From positions 160,001 to 224,000 of the forward strand of contig CAVPNL010000012.1 of the NCBI GenBank assembly GCA_963706575.1: DNA of 64,000 nucleotides, given 5' to 3'. Positions 1 to 11,946 of the stretch are shown here, piece by piece (position 1 is the stretch's first letter; every line of letters starts with the position of its first letter). The position numbers and the translations under genes are program-made. Below the pieces are notes generated by a model. The model saw nothing but the letters and a program-made list of their open reading frames with translations, made no database searches and was not told the origin of the DNA. This DNA is from an uncultured delta proteobacterium. Lineage in GTDB: Bacteria > Desulfobacterota > Desulfobacteria > Desulfobacterales > JAHEIW01.

Positions 1-596
1 TTATCCGCTGCTCCCTGTCGTCCTTTTGACCGGGACCGCAACGGACTATCCTTGGCGAAGGTGCTGCTGCCGTGCTGTTAATGAGCAAAGAGCGAGCGAA
101 GCAGGAAGCCCGACCCCATCTGGCAACTATTCTTGGCTGGGGTGCGGCCAACGATGCCAGCCATATTACCGCTCCGGACGAGATGGATGCGGTCTTCAAC
201 AGGCAATCATTCAGGCAATGGCAACGGCAAGATGCGAACCTGTTCGATATTGCCGCCATCAGTGCCCATGGAACCGGTACGATCTATAACGACCAGATGG
301 AATTGAGGGTCTTCAATCATATTTTTGCTGATCACCCAATACCCATTTACTCCATAAAAGGAGCCATCGGGCACACATTGGGGGCTGCCGGTGGGATTGA
401 GATCGTTGTTGGAATCCAAACACTTCTAGAGCAAACGGCTCCGCCAACAATCGGTTTTTCAAATCCGGAAAAAGGCGCGGAGGGAAGGGTTATGTCCGAG
501 CCGGTGAATATTTCCGGTGATTATTTGCTGACCACGAATTCCGGTTTTGGAGGTATTAACGCTGCGATAATTTTGAGTAAAGGAAGTGTGCCGTGA
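1..596 (+). CDS. beta-ketoacyl-ACP synthase (FabF-like), 5'-truncated, with apparent frameshifts
   Basis: Motifs CRPFD (pos 1-30), AHGTGT, KGAIGHTLGAAG and NSGFGG. The reading frame switches near 50 and about 185-240. Confidence 0.85.
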
Positions 597-1336
597 AGAG
601 CTGTCATTACTGGGTCTGGTTGGGTTACACCAATAACCATGGGGTGCGGAAGAAACCATGATTGTTTTGAAATGCGTGCGGGCAAATTGCCTGAAATCAC
701 GCGCAAAGCTGTCTTTGAAGAACCTTGCCCCATTTTGGTCGGCTGGATCGATATTCTCGTCTGGTGACTATCGGCGATTGCATTCGCACTTGAAGGACGC
801 GCGGCTACATCAGTGGACCCAAAACGTGCCAATCGGCATCATCGCTTCTACGCGTGAACGGTTGCCTGGAAACAGATATTAATATTTTAATACCGTGATG
901 ACTGATGGCGGGCGCATGGCAAGCCCTAATTTGTTTGCCTATACGCTGCCGAACAGTTTTTTAGGAGAAGCATCGATATTCGGTTTGGCCTGACCGGAAC
1001 AGCTTTGTTATCAGTGAGCCGTCTGCATCCGGACTTTGGTGCTTGCGGATGGCTTTAATCGGGATAGCAGACGGGCAATTCGAAAAGGTCGTTTGCGGCA
1101 TGTGTGATCTAGGTCATTTACCGCCTTTTACGAAAGCCAATAAAACGCCTTGCGGCGCATTGTTTTTTGTTATTGAAAAAACTCCCTGCCACATTCAATT
1201 GGTCTACGGGGATCTTTGCCTCGGCAGACACGGGGTTTTAATGTTCAACAATGAAGAAATAAAGAGTTTGCCCATATTGGCACAAAAATGTTTAACCGCT
1301 TTTGCGGCCAAAGATGATAAAACACCTGAAGTGTAA
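593..1336 (+). CDS. ketosynthase N-terminal / chain-length-factor-like protein, frameshifted
   Basis: GTG overlaps the upstream stop. AVITGSGWVTP and SPNLFAYTLPN are found across frames, and the ORF pieces 658-882 and 1043-1336 fit one gene. Confidence 0.65.
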
Positions 1337-1440
1337 AACTTAATTATCAATCACTTAATCTTAGCCATCCCAAAATAGTACAGCTTAAGGGAACGCTATC
1401 GCCGAAATTCAAAACGTCGACGAGCCCAAAGGACAGATTA

Positions 1441-2707
1441 ATGAAAATTAAATTAATTTTTCCAACCTGGTCCAAGTTGGAACATCAGACAGAGTTCCAT
1501 CTTCCCCCTCACGGACCGGTGGTATTCGCTGCCGAAGTGCCGGATGATGTCGAACTTGAATTTATCGACGCCAATTTGCAACCGATTAAATTTGACGATT
1601 CAGTCGACCTGGTTGCCCTCTCAGTATTGTTAACCTGCCAGCTGCCGCACGCATTTGAAATCGCAGACAATTATCGCAAAATGAACATACCGGTAATTTT
1701 CGGCGGGATAGCAACCTCGCTGCACGCCGAGGAAGTAAGTCAACATGCAGATAGTGTTTTCCTCGGTGAAGTGGAAGGCCGATTTATTTCTGTGATTGAG
1801 GATTTGAAAGCCGGGCAGATGAAAAGAAAATATGATTTTCTGAACGATCCTCCGGATATCCGTCTCGTCGGTCCGGCCAGGCGAGATATTCTCTGCCGTG
1901 AGTTATACAATTATCGGGGCGTTCAGATGTTTGATCTTATTCATGCATCGCGGGGTTGTAAGTTCGATTGTTTTCCCTGCTGTGTCGGATATCTGGGGGG
2001 TCGGAAATTTCGCCCCCGTCCGATCAAAAAGGTTATCGAAGAAATGGAATCGATTCCCAACAACCGGTTGTTCATCGTGGATAATTCTCTGGCGCAGGAT
2101 CGTCAATGGATAATGGCGCTTCTGAAAGCAATGATCCCGCTAAAAAAGAAATGGGTTTCTCATCCGGTAATATATGATGAAAAGGTCCTCGAACTGGCCG
2201 CCGAGGCAGGATGCTGGTATGTGTACCAGGCGATATTTGATACCTCAGACGTCATTCGCGACCGCATAAAAATGCTAAAAAGCCATGGTATCGGCATCGA
2301 AGGTACGATCATTCTCGGTACCGATGACCAAAATGAAGACGATATCAAGCGTCTGGTGGATTTTCTAATCGAAAACGAACTCGACATGGCTGAATTCACC
2401 ATACTGACCCCCTTCCCTCACACGCCGATTCGAGCCCAATTTGAAAAAGAGGGCCGCATCCTGAGTAATTCCTGGAGTGACTATACCTGTGACAAGGTTG
2501 TTTTTCAGCCCAAACATATGACGCCTCAAAAACTTCAGGAACTTTACCATTATGCCTGGCGCACATTTTATGCGGATAGCGGTAGAGCAGTTAAAAATGG
2601 CCGACCTTTTTTTGAAGGTGGTCAAAAAAGAAATGGAAGATGGAACTTATCGACGCTATAATCCTAGAAAACGCACAGGCTTTAACAAGAAGTTGTCAGT
2701 GGTATGA
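1441..2707 (+). CDS. B12-binding radical SAM protein (frameshift near 2584)
   Basis: SRGCKFDCFPC motif and N-terminal cobalamin domain. The alternative frame EQLKMADLFLKVVKKEMEDGTYRRY runs to TGA at 2707, overlapping the next ATG (ATGA). Confidence 0.85.
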
Positions 2708-4063
2708 GTAATTTTTTTCTACTTTCATCAAATGTGAATACCGATCCATATCCGGTCTATCCCCTGGGAATGGCAGTGGTGGCAGCGTCTCTTGATAACG
2801 CAGGTCATCAAGTATGGCAATATGACTACCTTGCCGCAGGCTGCTCAGATCATGGATTAAAGAAAGCACTGAAAGAAATTCGCTCCAGACTTTGTTGGCA
2901 TTTCACTTCGCAATATCGATAATGTCGATTCATTTTCAGCCGAGCAAGAGTGGTACCTGGCGAAAGTCAAAATGCTGGTTGAAATAATCCGGCAGGCAAC
3001 AGCCGTACCGATTATTGTGGGCGGACCCGGTTTTTCAATCTTACCGGAGGAAATTATAAATTACATTGACGCTGATTACGGCGTTGTGGGCGAAGGTGAG
3101 CGTACGCTCTGCGACCTCATTGCAGAATTAGAAGCGGGACACTTTGCACCGCGAATTATCGAAAGTAACAAGGATCTTCTCATCGGAGCGGAAATGGCAT
3201 CTCCGCGCTGGGATAAAAATCTGGTTAATTTTTATATTGAACGCAGCGGAATGGTTAATCTGCAGACCAAACGCGGCTGTCCCCATAATTGCAATTACTG
3301 CTCCTATCCGACATTGGAGGGGCGGCGCCTGCGGACAAAAGAACCTGAAAAGGTGGTAGAGGAAATTAAACAGGCACAGGAAATGTTCGGCATAGACACC
3401 ATCTTTTTTGCTGATTCGATTTTTAATGACAACTCCGACCACTACCTGATCGTTGCCGAAGAATTTCTGAAACAGGAGATAGATTTGCGCTGGTACGGTT
3501 TTTTCCGGCCCCAAGATATCCGTGCGAAAGAGTTGAACCTGCTAAAGCGTTCAGGGTTAAGCGCGATGGAGGTGGGTACAGATGCCGCATGCGATGCGAC
3601 GTTAGCCGGCCTTAACAAGAAGTTTACCTTTGCGGACGTCATCGAATTTAACAGAGCTTGCGTCAAAGAGGAGATTCCTACAGCCCATTTCATCATGTTC
3701 GGCGGTCCGGATGAAACAATCGCAACGGTCAAAGAAGGATTGAAAAATATACAAGGGCTTGAACGGTGTGTTGTTTTTGCGTTTGGTGGAATCCGGATCC
3801 ACCCCGGAACCCAGATACATGCCCGGGCCATACAAGAGGGGACTCTGAATCAAAAAGACTCTTTACTGAGACCTGTTTATTATTTTTCGCCAAATCTGGA
3901 TCAAGCAGTTATGAATGAGAACATCACATCCGCTTTTCATGGCCAACGCGATCGAATTTTCCCGCCTGCGGAGGGCCTGATCCGTATGGCCACCATGAAC
4001 CGCTTTGGTTACCGTGGGTTGCTGTGGGACAAGCTGGTATCTTTTGAAAAGTACCCAAAATAA
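2704..4063 (+). CDS. lipid-biosynthesis B12-binding radical SAM protein (frameshift near 2878)
   Basis: PYPVYPLGM N-terminus joins FAPDFVGISLRNIDNVDS after a 1-nt shift. KRGCPHNCNYC motif. Confidence 0.85.
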
Positions 4064-4107
4064 AAATCTAAGGAGACATCAGCAACAGGATTTAGAATAA
4101 ATTCGGG

Positions 4108-5562
4108 ATGAAAGCATTAAATCTTAACAATATCTTACTGGTTCACCCTTTAGGTTACCCCGTTGCCGAAGCAAAAAAGGATATTTCGCGCATGGCCAAC
4201 ATCATGCCGCCGCTGGGGCTGGCAAGCATGGCGGCCTACCTGCAGGGACAGGGCATCGATTGTGCGATTGTCGACTGTTTTGCAAAGCCGGGTTCAGACG
4301 AATTGATAAAAGACTATCTATTGACGCAACGGCCAGCCTTTATGGGCCTGAGTTGCACAACTTCGAGCTTTCTGGACGGTATAAGGATCGTCAAATTGGC
4401 CAAGTCGATTCTGCCGGATCTCCAGGCAGTTTTCGGCGGAGCGCATGTATCTGCTTTGGGAAAAAAGGTTCTCGACAGCTTTAAAGAAGTGGATTGCGCT
4501 GTGGTGGGTGAAGGGGAGCACACGCTTGCCGAACTGATTAAAAACGGATCCAGAGGCTATGATGCGATTAAGGGTATCGTCTATCGAAATAGCGATGGAG
4601 AAGCACAATTTACGGGCTACCGGGAGGGCATTGATCTCGACACCCTTCCCTTTCCGGCTTATGAGAAGCTTAACGGATACCCGAGGACTTATCGTTTACC
4701 GATATTCAACTATCCGAAATCACCCAATACCAGCTGCATATCCAGCCGGGGCTGCCCTTATAAATGCAGTTACTGTGATCGGTCGGTATTCCGTAGCTCG
4801 TATCGCTATAATTCCGCCGAATACCTTTATGAACATCTCCGTTATCTGAAGCGTCGTTTTGGGCTAAAACATATTAACTTCTACGATGATCATTTCACTC
4901 TGAACCGCGAGCGCGTTGAAGATTTTACGCAATTGATGATTGAAAAGCCCTTAGGAATGACCTTTAACTGTGCCGTCCGAGCAGAGCATATCGACCGCGA
5001 ACTGCTTCAGCAAATGAAAGCTGCCGGTTGTTGGATGATCAGTCTGGGTATCGAAACGGGAGATGAAAACCTTTTAGCCCAACATCGCCAAAACGCAAAT
5101 CTTGGATTGCTCGCAGAAAAAATACATCTGATCAAAGAAATCGGAATACGCACCAAAGGGCTCCTGATGATGGGATTACCCGGAGAGACGGCAGACAGCA
5201 TAAAAAAAAGCATGCAATATGTTTTTAGATTGCCGTTGGACGACTTCAACTTGTCTAAATTCACGCCTTTTCCGGGTTCTCCAATTTATGAAAATATTCG
5301 TCAGTTTGGTACGTTTGAAGAGGAATGGCCGAAGATGGATTGTATGCACTTTTTGTTCGTTCCCAATGGCATGACCCGAGTTCGTTTGGAACAACTCTTT
5401 AAAAACTTTTACAAGATACATTTTCTACGCCCGAAAGTTATTTGGCAATATGTGTCCATGCTGTGGAAATCGCCTGACAGCTGGATCCGTTTTGTGCTAA
5501 ACATTAGAGATTTTATCAGATTCGCAATGACTGATAAACGAAAAGGGAAGGTTTGCATTTAA
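4108..5562 (+). CDS. B12-binding radical SAM protein
   Basis: PPLGLASMAA, GGAH, GEGE and SRGCPYKCSYC motifs. Confidence 0.9.
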   Translation: MKALNLNNILLVHPLGYPVAEAKKDISRMANIMPPLGLASMAAYLQGQGIDCAIVDCFAKPGSDELIKDYLLTQRPAFMGLSCTTSSFLDGIRIVKLAKSILPDLQAVFGGAHVSALGKKVLDSFKEVDCAVVGEGEHTLAELIKNGSRGYDAIKGIVYRNSDGEAQFTGYREGIDLDTLPFPAYEKLNGYPRTYRLPIFNYPKSPNTSCISSRGCPYKCSYCDRSVFRSSYRYNSAEYLYEHLRYLKRRFGLKHINFYDDHFTLNRERVEDFTQLMIEKPLGMTFNCAVRAEHIDRELLQQMKAAGCWMISLGIETGDENLLAQHRQNANLGLLAEKIHLIKEIGIRTKGLLMMGLPGETADSIKKSMQYVFRLPLDDFNLSKFTPFPGSPIYENIRQFGTFEEEWPKMDCMHFLFVPNGMTRVRLEQLFKNFYKIHFLRPKVIWQYVSMLWKSPDSWIRFVLNIRDFIRFAMTDKRKGKVCI

Positions 5563-5594
5563 TTAAATGACCCCAAACAAAAGGAGCAGAAAAA

Positions 5595-6194
5595 ATGAAA
5601 CCACTTTTAGCTTTAGTTGCAGTCCTTACCTTAATGTTTGCATTCGGCTGTGCGGAGACTGGCAAGGACATACAAAAGAAAATCCAAGTTGAAGAAGCGC
5701 CCCCGGAGGTGCAGCAATATACGGCCTACAATATCTGGCGCCTGAGGTCCTGGAATATGAGATGTATCAACTATAAGTATGACAACAATTTCATACCTGC
5801 GGGAACGAAAGTCAGTGATGTAAAAATTTCAGATGACGCGAGTGGAATCACGAGGATTTCCTTTGAGACAGCTGATGACAACCGCAAATACGGCATCTAT
5901 TTCACAAGTAAATGGCATCCCGGTCATACCATCGAGGACTATAAAAATTACATGTTCACAACCAAAACTTTCGAAGAATTAACTGCAAATATGAGCGACA
6001 GGGAAATCGGTGCGATTAAAAGTGGCGTAATTGTAGATGGGATGAGTAAAGAGGCGGTACTCGTGGCCTATGGAAGGCCACCGGAGCACAGAACTTCCAG
6101 CCTTGAGAGAAATATATGGTACTATTGGCGGAATAAATTTAGGCATTTCGGGGTTTGCTTTGACAAAGAAGACAGGACCACTTTCTGCAAGTAA
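5595..6194 (+). CDS. lipoprotein with SmpA/OmlA-like C-terminal motif
   Basis: Lipobox FAFGC, GMSKEAVLVAYGRP, RBS AAGGAG. Confidence 0.7.
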   Translation: MKPLLALVAVLTLMFAFGCAETGKDIQKKIQVEEAPPEVQQYTAYNIWRLRSWNMRCINYKYDNNFIPAGTKVSDVKISDDASGITRISFETADDNRKYGIYFTSKWHPGHTIEDYKNYMFTTKTFEELTANMSDREIGAIKSGVIVDGMSKEAVLVAYGRPPEHRTSSLERNIWYYWRNKFRHFGVCFDKEDRTTFCK

Positions 6195-6405
6195 TCGTTC
6201 CGTTCAATCACGTCTAAAGGTTTTGTATCCCTTGGAACTTCAAGGGGAGATTACCGGTAAAGCACCCATTGAAATATTGGGCAAATAACCGACAGAAATA
6301 GAAAATGTTTGGCCACAATGACCCCCTTCTTCATGAACCAGAATCGGGTGTGTCTTGCATTCCCGTATGGTATAAAGATGAGATACCCTTCTGTACAGGC
6401 TGGAA

Positions 6406-7584
6406 ATGTCTGATAAGCAATTAGTAGAAGTCAAACTGATGGTCGTTATTCCGGTGTATAACCATTCTACTTCATTACGTGAAGTTGTCGTGAGCGCCCT
6501 TGAGGTCAATGATTTGGTAATGGTAGTAGATGACGGCAGCACGGATGGAGGCATTGATGTCTTAGCAGACCTGGATGTTCAAATTCTTCAGCACTCGCGC
6601 AACCGGGGTAAAGGCGCTGCAATTATGACAGCAGTTAAAGCCTGCCACCAACTGGAAATTACGCATATGCTGACAATCGATGCTGACGGACAACATGATC
6701 CTTTTGAAATCCAAAAATTCCTTCCCAAAATTCGTTCGGAGCCTTTTTCAATTATTGTAGGAAAGCGTAATTTCCAAACTGCTAACGTCCCCGGATTGAC
6801 AAAATTTGGCAGGCATTTTTCAAATTTCTGGTTTCGTATTCAAACGGGGCAATCCCTCAGCGATACGCAAAGTGGTTTTCGTGCATATCCGCTGGTCGTT
6901 TTGGAAAATTTAAAATTGCGTGAAAAGCGCTTTGCCTTTGAAGTTGAGGTTCTGGTTAAGGCCGCCTGGGCCGGGGTGAAACTCCAAGAGGTCGATATTA
7001 ACGTAATTTACCCGCCTGCCGATGAAAGAATTTCTCATTTTGAAGTCTTTAGGGACAACTGGCAAATTAGTCTACTTAACACCAAATTAACCCTGATGTC
7101 CTTGTTTCCGATACCTCACCGCCAGATTTTAGGTGAATACAAAAATGAAGAAAAAATCACTCTGCGACATCCTATTCGCTCTATAAAAAAATTACTAACT
7201 CAAAAAATGTCTCCTGGAAAATTGGCAGCCGCAGGCGCCTTAGGTGTATTACTGGGGACATTGCCGCTGATCGGCGTTCACACGATTACCATACTTATCG
7301 CTGCAGGTTTTTTTCGATTGAACAGGATGGTGGCTTTGAGTACCAGCCAAGTGTGCATGCCGCCATTGGTTCCGGCGTTGTGTATTGAGATAGGTTATTT
7401 TTTGCGGCACGGTAAATTTTTAACAGAGATTTCATTACAAACCCTTGGATATCAAGCATTGGAGCGTTGCTATGAATGGCTGATTGGATCGATATTGCTT
7501 GCGCCAGTACTTGCTGTTTTAATTGCGGGAGTCATTTACATAATGGCCTCTTTTATAAAAAGGACAGTCCGTGCAACAGGATAA
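6406..7584 (+). CDS. family 2 glycosyltransferase fused to DUF2062-like membrane domain
   Basis: VVIPVYN, VDDGSTD, NRGKGAA, DADGQH and DTQSGFRAY, followed by hydrophobic C-terminal helices. Confidence 0.9.
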   Translation: MSDKQLVEVKLMVVIPVYNHSTSLREVVVSALEVNDLVMVVDDGSTDGGIDVLADLDVQILQHSRNRGKGAAIMTAVKACHQLEITHMLTIDADGQHDPFEIQKFLPKIRSEPFSIIVGKRNFQTANVPGLTKFGRHFSNFWFRIQTGQSLSDTQSGFRAYPLVVLENLKLREKRFAFEVEVLVKAAWAGVKLQEVDINVIYPPADERISHFEVFRDNWQISLLNTKLTLMSLFPIPHRQILGEYKNEEKITLRHPIRSIKKLLTQKMSPGKLAAAGALGVLLGTLPLIGVHTITILIAAGFFRLNRMVALSTSQVCMPPLVPALCIEIGYFLRHGKFLTEISLQTLGYQALERCYEWLIGSILLAPVLAVLIAGVIYIMASFIKRTVRATG

Positions 7585-8521
7585 AAACACAGCGAAATCG
7601 ATGAATAGGCGGCAATGGTCCAGTCGCAGTGTGGGGACACGCCTTGGACGGCGCATTTTTTATGGCATGATCCGTATCGGGGGTAAACCACTGGCCTATT
7701 TCTCGCTCTATTGGGTCGTGTTGTATTATGTTTTTTGCAGACCGTCTATCCGCAGAAGGTCAGATTACTATCTAAGCCACAGATTCCCAAATAGCAGCTG
7801 GCTGAAGCGGTATATAGAATGCTATAAACTTTTTGTGCAAATGGGTAAAATCTTAATCGACCAGGCGATCGTAGGAATCCTGGGACCCGAAAAAATGAAA
7901 TTCACTTTCCTCGGGCGGCAGAAATTGCTGGATCTTGTGCACAAAGGCAGTGGCTTTGTCCTGTTGATGTCTCATGTGGGTTGCTGGCAGGTGGCTCTTT
8001 CAGCACTTCATTTTCTGAAGGTTCCGGTAAACCTGCTTTTAGAGCAGGAGGAAGGCAATATCGACCGACACTATTTTGAACAAGCCACAATTAACTTTCC
8101 ACTTGGGATTATTGATCCGACTGACAACCTTGGCGGTACCCTTGAGATGTTGAGTGCCCTGAGAAAAGGCGAAGTGCTTTGTATGATGGGAGATAGAATA
8201 TTAGGAAGCGAAAAAAATTATTTGACGGTGAAGTTTTTGGAAGAAGAGGCACCATTTCCTTATAGCGCCTTCATGATTGCATCTGCTGCAAGTGTCCCGA
8301 TTGTTATTTTTTTCTCGTACAAAACCGGATACAACACTTACGCCTTGGAGATTTCCAAGATCATCCGCCCCCCGAGTAATCTGGGAAGATCCGGGGAATC
8401 TTACCGCCCTTATGTTGAACAGTTTGTTAAAGAACTGGAAATATTTGCTCAGAATTATCCATATCAATTTTTTAATTTTTACAACATGTGGCATCAAATC
8501 GAATCTGGCCGGAACCGATAA
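7571..8521 (+). CDS. LpxL-like / lysophospholipid acyltransferase
   Basis: WSSRS start, SHVGCW, MMGDR and YPYQFFNFY, as seen in aryl-polyene-type clusters. Confidence 0.85.
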   Translation: MQQDKNTAKSMNRRQWSSRSVGTRLGRRIFYGMIRIGGKPLAYFSLYWVVLYYVFCRPSIRRRSDYYLSHRFPNSSWLKRYIECYKLFVQMGKILIDQAIVGILGPEKMKFTFLGRQKLLDLVHKGSGFVLLMSHVGCWQVALSALHFLKVPVNLLLEQEEGNIDRHYFEQATINFPLGIIDPTDNLGGTLEMLSALRKGEVLCMMGDRILGSEKNYLTVKFLEEEAPFPYSAFMIASAASVPIVIFFSYKTGYNTYALEISKIIRPPSNLGRSGESYRPYVEQFVKELEIFAQNYPYQFFNFYNMWHQIESGRNR

Positions 8522-8619
8522 AGCGATCTGACCATTCAGTTGCCTTGCATTCTCTAAAAAAAAATGTTTGGGAAACTCAAATACCGGCTTGAAAGAAGTG
8601 GTGAAAGGAATTAAGGATA

Positions 8620-8874
8620 ATGGTGCTGAATGAAAAGCTAAAAATCATAATTATTGAAGAATTGAATCTGGAAGATATAACCCCGGCAGATATCGATGAT
8701 GACGCCCCCTTGTTCGGCGAAGGATTGGGATTGGACTCCCTTGATGCCGTTGAGCTCGTCGTACAGGTTCAAAAATATTTTGGTGTGGAAATAAAAGATA
8801 TGGATGAGGGACGAGTAGCCTTTCAGTCCATAAATTCACTCAGTGATTTCATAGAGGAGCGCAGGAGCACATGA
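8620..8874 (+). CDS. acyl carrier protein
   Basis: LGLDSLDAVEL phosphopantetheine attachment motif. Confidence 0.95.
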   Translation: MVLNEKLKIIIIEELNLEDITPADIDDDAPLFGEGLGLDSLDAVELVVQVQKYFGVEIKDMDEGRVAFQSINSLSDFIEERRST

Positions 8875-10073
8875 GTTCCTTCCCTCCCGTTCCAGTAACC
8901 GGTATCGGCTGTTTGTGTGCTGCCGGTGCAAATCTGAACGAATGCATGGACTCCCTATTCGCCGGCAAGCGTAAACCGTTTCCACCCACCCGATTCTTCA
9001 AGCGACCATCAGGCAGCTTATCCAGTCTTTGAAATTTCCAACGCTTTTCCTGCCGGAAGCTCCAATCAAAGATCCGATATACTGTTTACCGCTGAACTGG
9101 CCCTCATCGCAGCAAAGGAGGCGATAGAAAATGCAGGATGGAACCGCGAAGCGCTCAAAACAAACAGAGTCGGTGTCTGTATCGGCACCACCGTCGGTAG
9201 TGCGATGAACAATGAAGAATTTTATCGTTCATACCGTAACGGAGAAAATCCGAACATGGAAGCCATTACCCGCTTTTTAAACAGCAATCCGGCTCAGGTT
9301 ATCGCCGCAGAATATTGGTTTGACCGGCCCCTGCCAAACAGTGGTTAATGCGTGTTCTTCTGGGACTGATGCCATCGGGTTAGGCGCATCCTGGATCCGT
9401 TCCGGTATGTGTGATGTCGTTCTGGCCGGAGGAGCGGATGAATTATGTCGGGTAACCTATAACGGTTTTATTTCTTTAATGATTACAGATGACTCTCCCT
9501 GCAAGCCATTTGATGCGAACCGCAAAGGTTTGAACCTGGGTGAAGGTTCGGCCGTTCTGGTTCTGGAGTCCTCAGATTTATGTCGCTCAAGAAACCAGCT
9601 CTGCACGGGCCTCGGTATTAAGTTTTGGCTCAGGGTGCGACGCCTATCATCTCACAGCCCCCGCACCGGATGGAAGAGGATTGAAGCAGGCTATTGCAGC
9701 GGCTATGGCTGCATGCGACAAAACCGCTGAACATGTTGCTTTTGTTAACGCCCATGGAACGGGCACACTCGATAATGACCGGGTTGAAAGTTTGGTTCTC
9801 AACGAATTGTTACCTCAAGTACCGTATCTGTCTACAAAAGGTTATACGGGTCATACCCTCGGTGCCGCCGGAGCAATAGAAGCCGCATTCACGATTGCCT
9901 GCCTGGAAGCGGGAAAGATTCCTGCCTCTGCCGGTTTTGAAACCCCGGATCCAGAACTGCCGACAACACCGGTTAAACATCAGACAGCTGTGAATGGCTC
10001 AATTGCTATTACACAATCACTTGCATTTGGCGGCAACAACGCAGTTGTTATTTTCGGAAAAGGTGATTCTTAA
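8871..10073 (+). CDS. beta-ketoacyl-ACP synthase (FabF-like), frameshifted (about 9000, 9318, 9600)
   Basis: VTGIGCLCAAG start, active site NACSSG, NAHGTGT, KGYTGHTLGAAG and SLAFGGNN spread over ORF pieces. Confidence 0.9.
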
Positions 10074-10074
10074 T

Positions 10075-11172
10075 ATGCGAACAGCTATCAGGGGTATCGG
10101 TATCGTGGGCGGATTCGGATGCGGAATTGAAGACCTTAAAAAAGCTCTCATTTCCGGCAAAAGGACACCAAAAATGACTTCGCTGTCAATTAAAAATCAG
10201 ACGATTGAGATGCCGGTTTATCTTTGCGATACATTCCCGTGGAGCGGTTCGTTAACAAAAGAGCCTTAAGACGGGTCGATCATTTTTCCAGGTTGGCTGT
10301 GCTGGGGTCTTTTCTGGCGTTAGAAGATGCGAACGGTGCTCCAAGACGATCATCAAAATTTGGCCGTTGTCATTGCCACCGGATACGGTGCAAGCCAGAC
10401 AACTTTCTCTTTTCTGGATACGGCCTTTGATGACGGGGATGCCTGCGCTTCGCCAACCCTTTTTTCCAACTCGGTTCATAATGCGGCCGCAGCCCACGTT
10501 TCAATTTTGCTCAACGCAAGAGGCCCAAATTTAACCGTCAGCCAATTTGAAATGTCGGTACCTTCAGCAATGCTGACTGCCTGCCAGTGGCTGGAGGATA
10601 AAATCGTTGATGCGGTGCTTTTTGGGGGAGTCGATGAATACTGCAGCGTGCTGGGTTACTGCTGGCAGCGCTTTTTCGGAGCCGGATCCCCAGTTCAGCA
10701 TGAAGCCATTGGAATGGAGTACCAAAGCGCCATCACCGGCGAAGGATCCGCCTTTTTTCTTTTAACCCGGGATGAAGGGGATAAACCCAAATATGGTTTT
10801 ATAACGAGATATTCAAATTGGCCATGTCAGAAAGTATAAGCCACAAGGTCCCAGAAGATGCCTTTTTGTTTTTGGGTGCCGATGGACAAAAATCCTCCGG
10901 TACTCACTATGCGCTGTGTTTCCGCAAGGTACACCCTCCGCGGTCTATACACCACTATTACGGCAGTTTTCCGGCCGGTTTTGCATTTGATATGGCGATC
11001 GCCGGCTTAAGCATCCAAGAACGCACGATTTATGCTACGCCTGAGCATGCCGGCGACAATTCCGGGCTGAAAATTGTTAGGGAGGAACAACGATCTCGTG
11101 TCTGAACAAATCTGTTGTCTTAAATTCAGCTGCGAAGGTGAATTCGCGATGATTACAATGAGCGTAACATAA
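10075..11172 (+). CDS. ketosynthase chain-length-factor-like protein, multiply frameshifted
   Basis: AIRGIGIVGG, LRRVDHFSRLA, SPTLFSNSVHNAAA and GEGSAFFLL across successive frames. No catalytic Cys motif seen. End coordinate approximate. Confidence 0.75.
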
Positions 11173-11213
11173 GACTGATAGATTACTACAAATATGGAGA
11201 AACCGAGAAGCCC

Positions 11214-11819
11214 ATGCAAATGAAAAAATCCATTGTTAAGTATATGTTACCAAATCTCTGGCCGCTTTTTCTATGTTTTCTCTGTCTGATGATTTTTCCG
11301 CAGGCGACATCCGCTGAAGATGACAATACAGAAAAAGTTCCTGATCGCTATGGGGCAGCCTCAATAATCGGGTACAATTACGACCCGTCCGAAAATATCG
11401 TTTTCGGATTGCTTTCAGGATTTGCCTTATATGACTACGACAAGATATGGCCACATGCCGCTCCCGAAGCGCTTCGCTTTAAAGTGGAAGTTAGTGCTGG
11501 AGCGACGTTGAAAAATGAAAAGGGCGTCATCCTATCCGCAGGATTTCTGGCTCTTTATTATCTGGACAGTTTGGCCGGACGCGGTCTGCGCCCCTATGTA
11601 GAAGGGGGTATCGGAGGCATTTTTACACAATGGCGGGTTGACGGCCAGGGGTCCAACGTCAATTTTAACCCGCAAATCGGAGTGGGAACGGAATTTTCCC
11701 TTGGATCCGGCCCACCGTTTCTGGCGGCACTGAGGCTTCATCATATATCCAACGCCGGCCTTGCCGATGACAACCGGGGTGTCAACTCAGTTGTATTCGT
11801 ACTTGGCCGTTTCTTTTAA
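11214..11819 (+). CDS. acyloxyacyl hydrolase / PagL-like outer-membrane beta-barrel deacylase
   Basis: Signal peptide, RLHHISNAG motif, terminal Phe. Confidence 0.85.
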   Translation: MQMKKSIVKYMLPNLWPLFLCFLCLMIFPQATSAEDDNTEKVPDRYGAASIIGYNYDPSENIVFGLLSGFALYDYDKIWPHAAPEALRFKVEVSAGATLKNEKGVILSAGFLALYYLDSLAGRGLRPYVEGGIGGIFTQWRVDGQGSNVNFNPQIGVGTEFSLGSGPPFLAALRLHHISNAGLADDNRGVNSVVFVLGRFF

Positions 11820-11946
11820 TGTTGCCGACAGCCGTCTGACAGCGACCGCAGGTCGGCTTTAAATTCGAATCTGATTTTTTGATTTTGCTTTTTGGTCGCC
11901 GACAAATTCTTATTTTCGGTTAAAACAGTTTACCCCCACCGAATCC

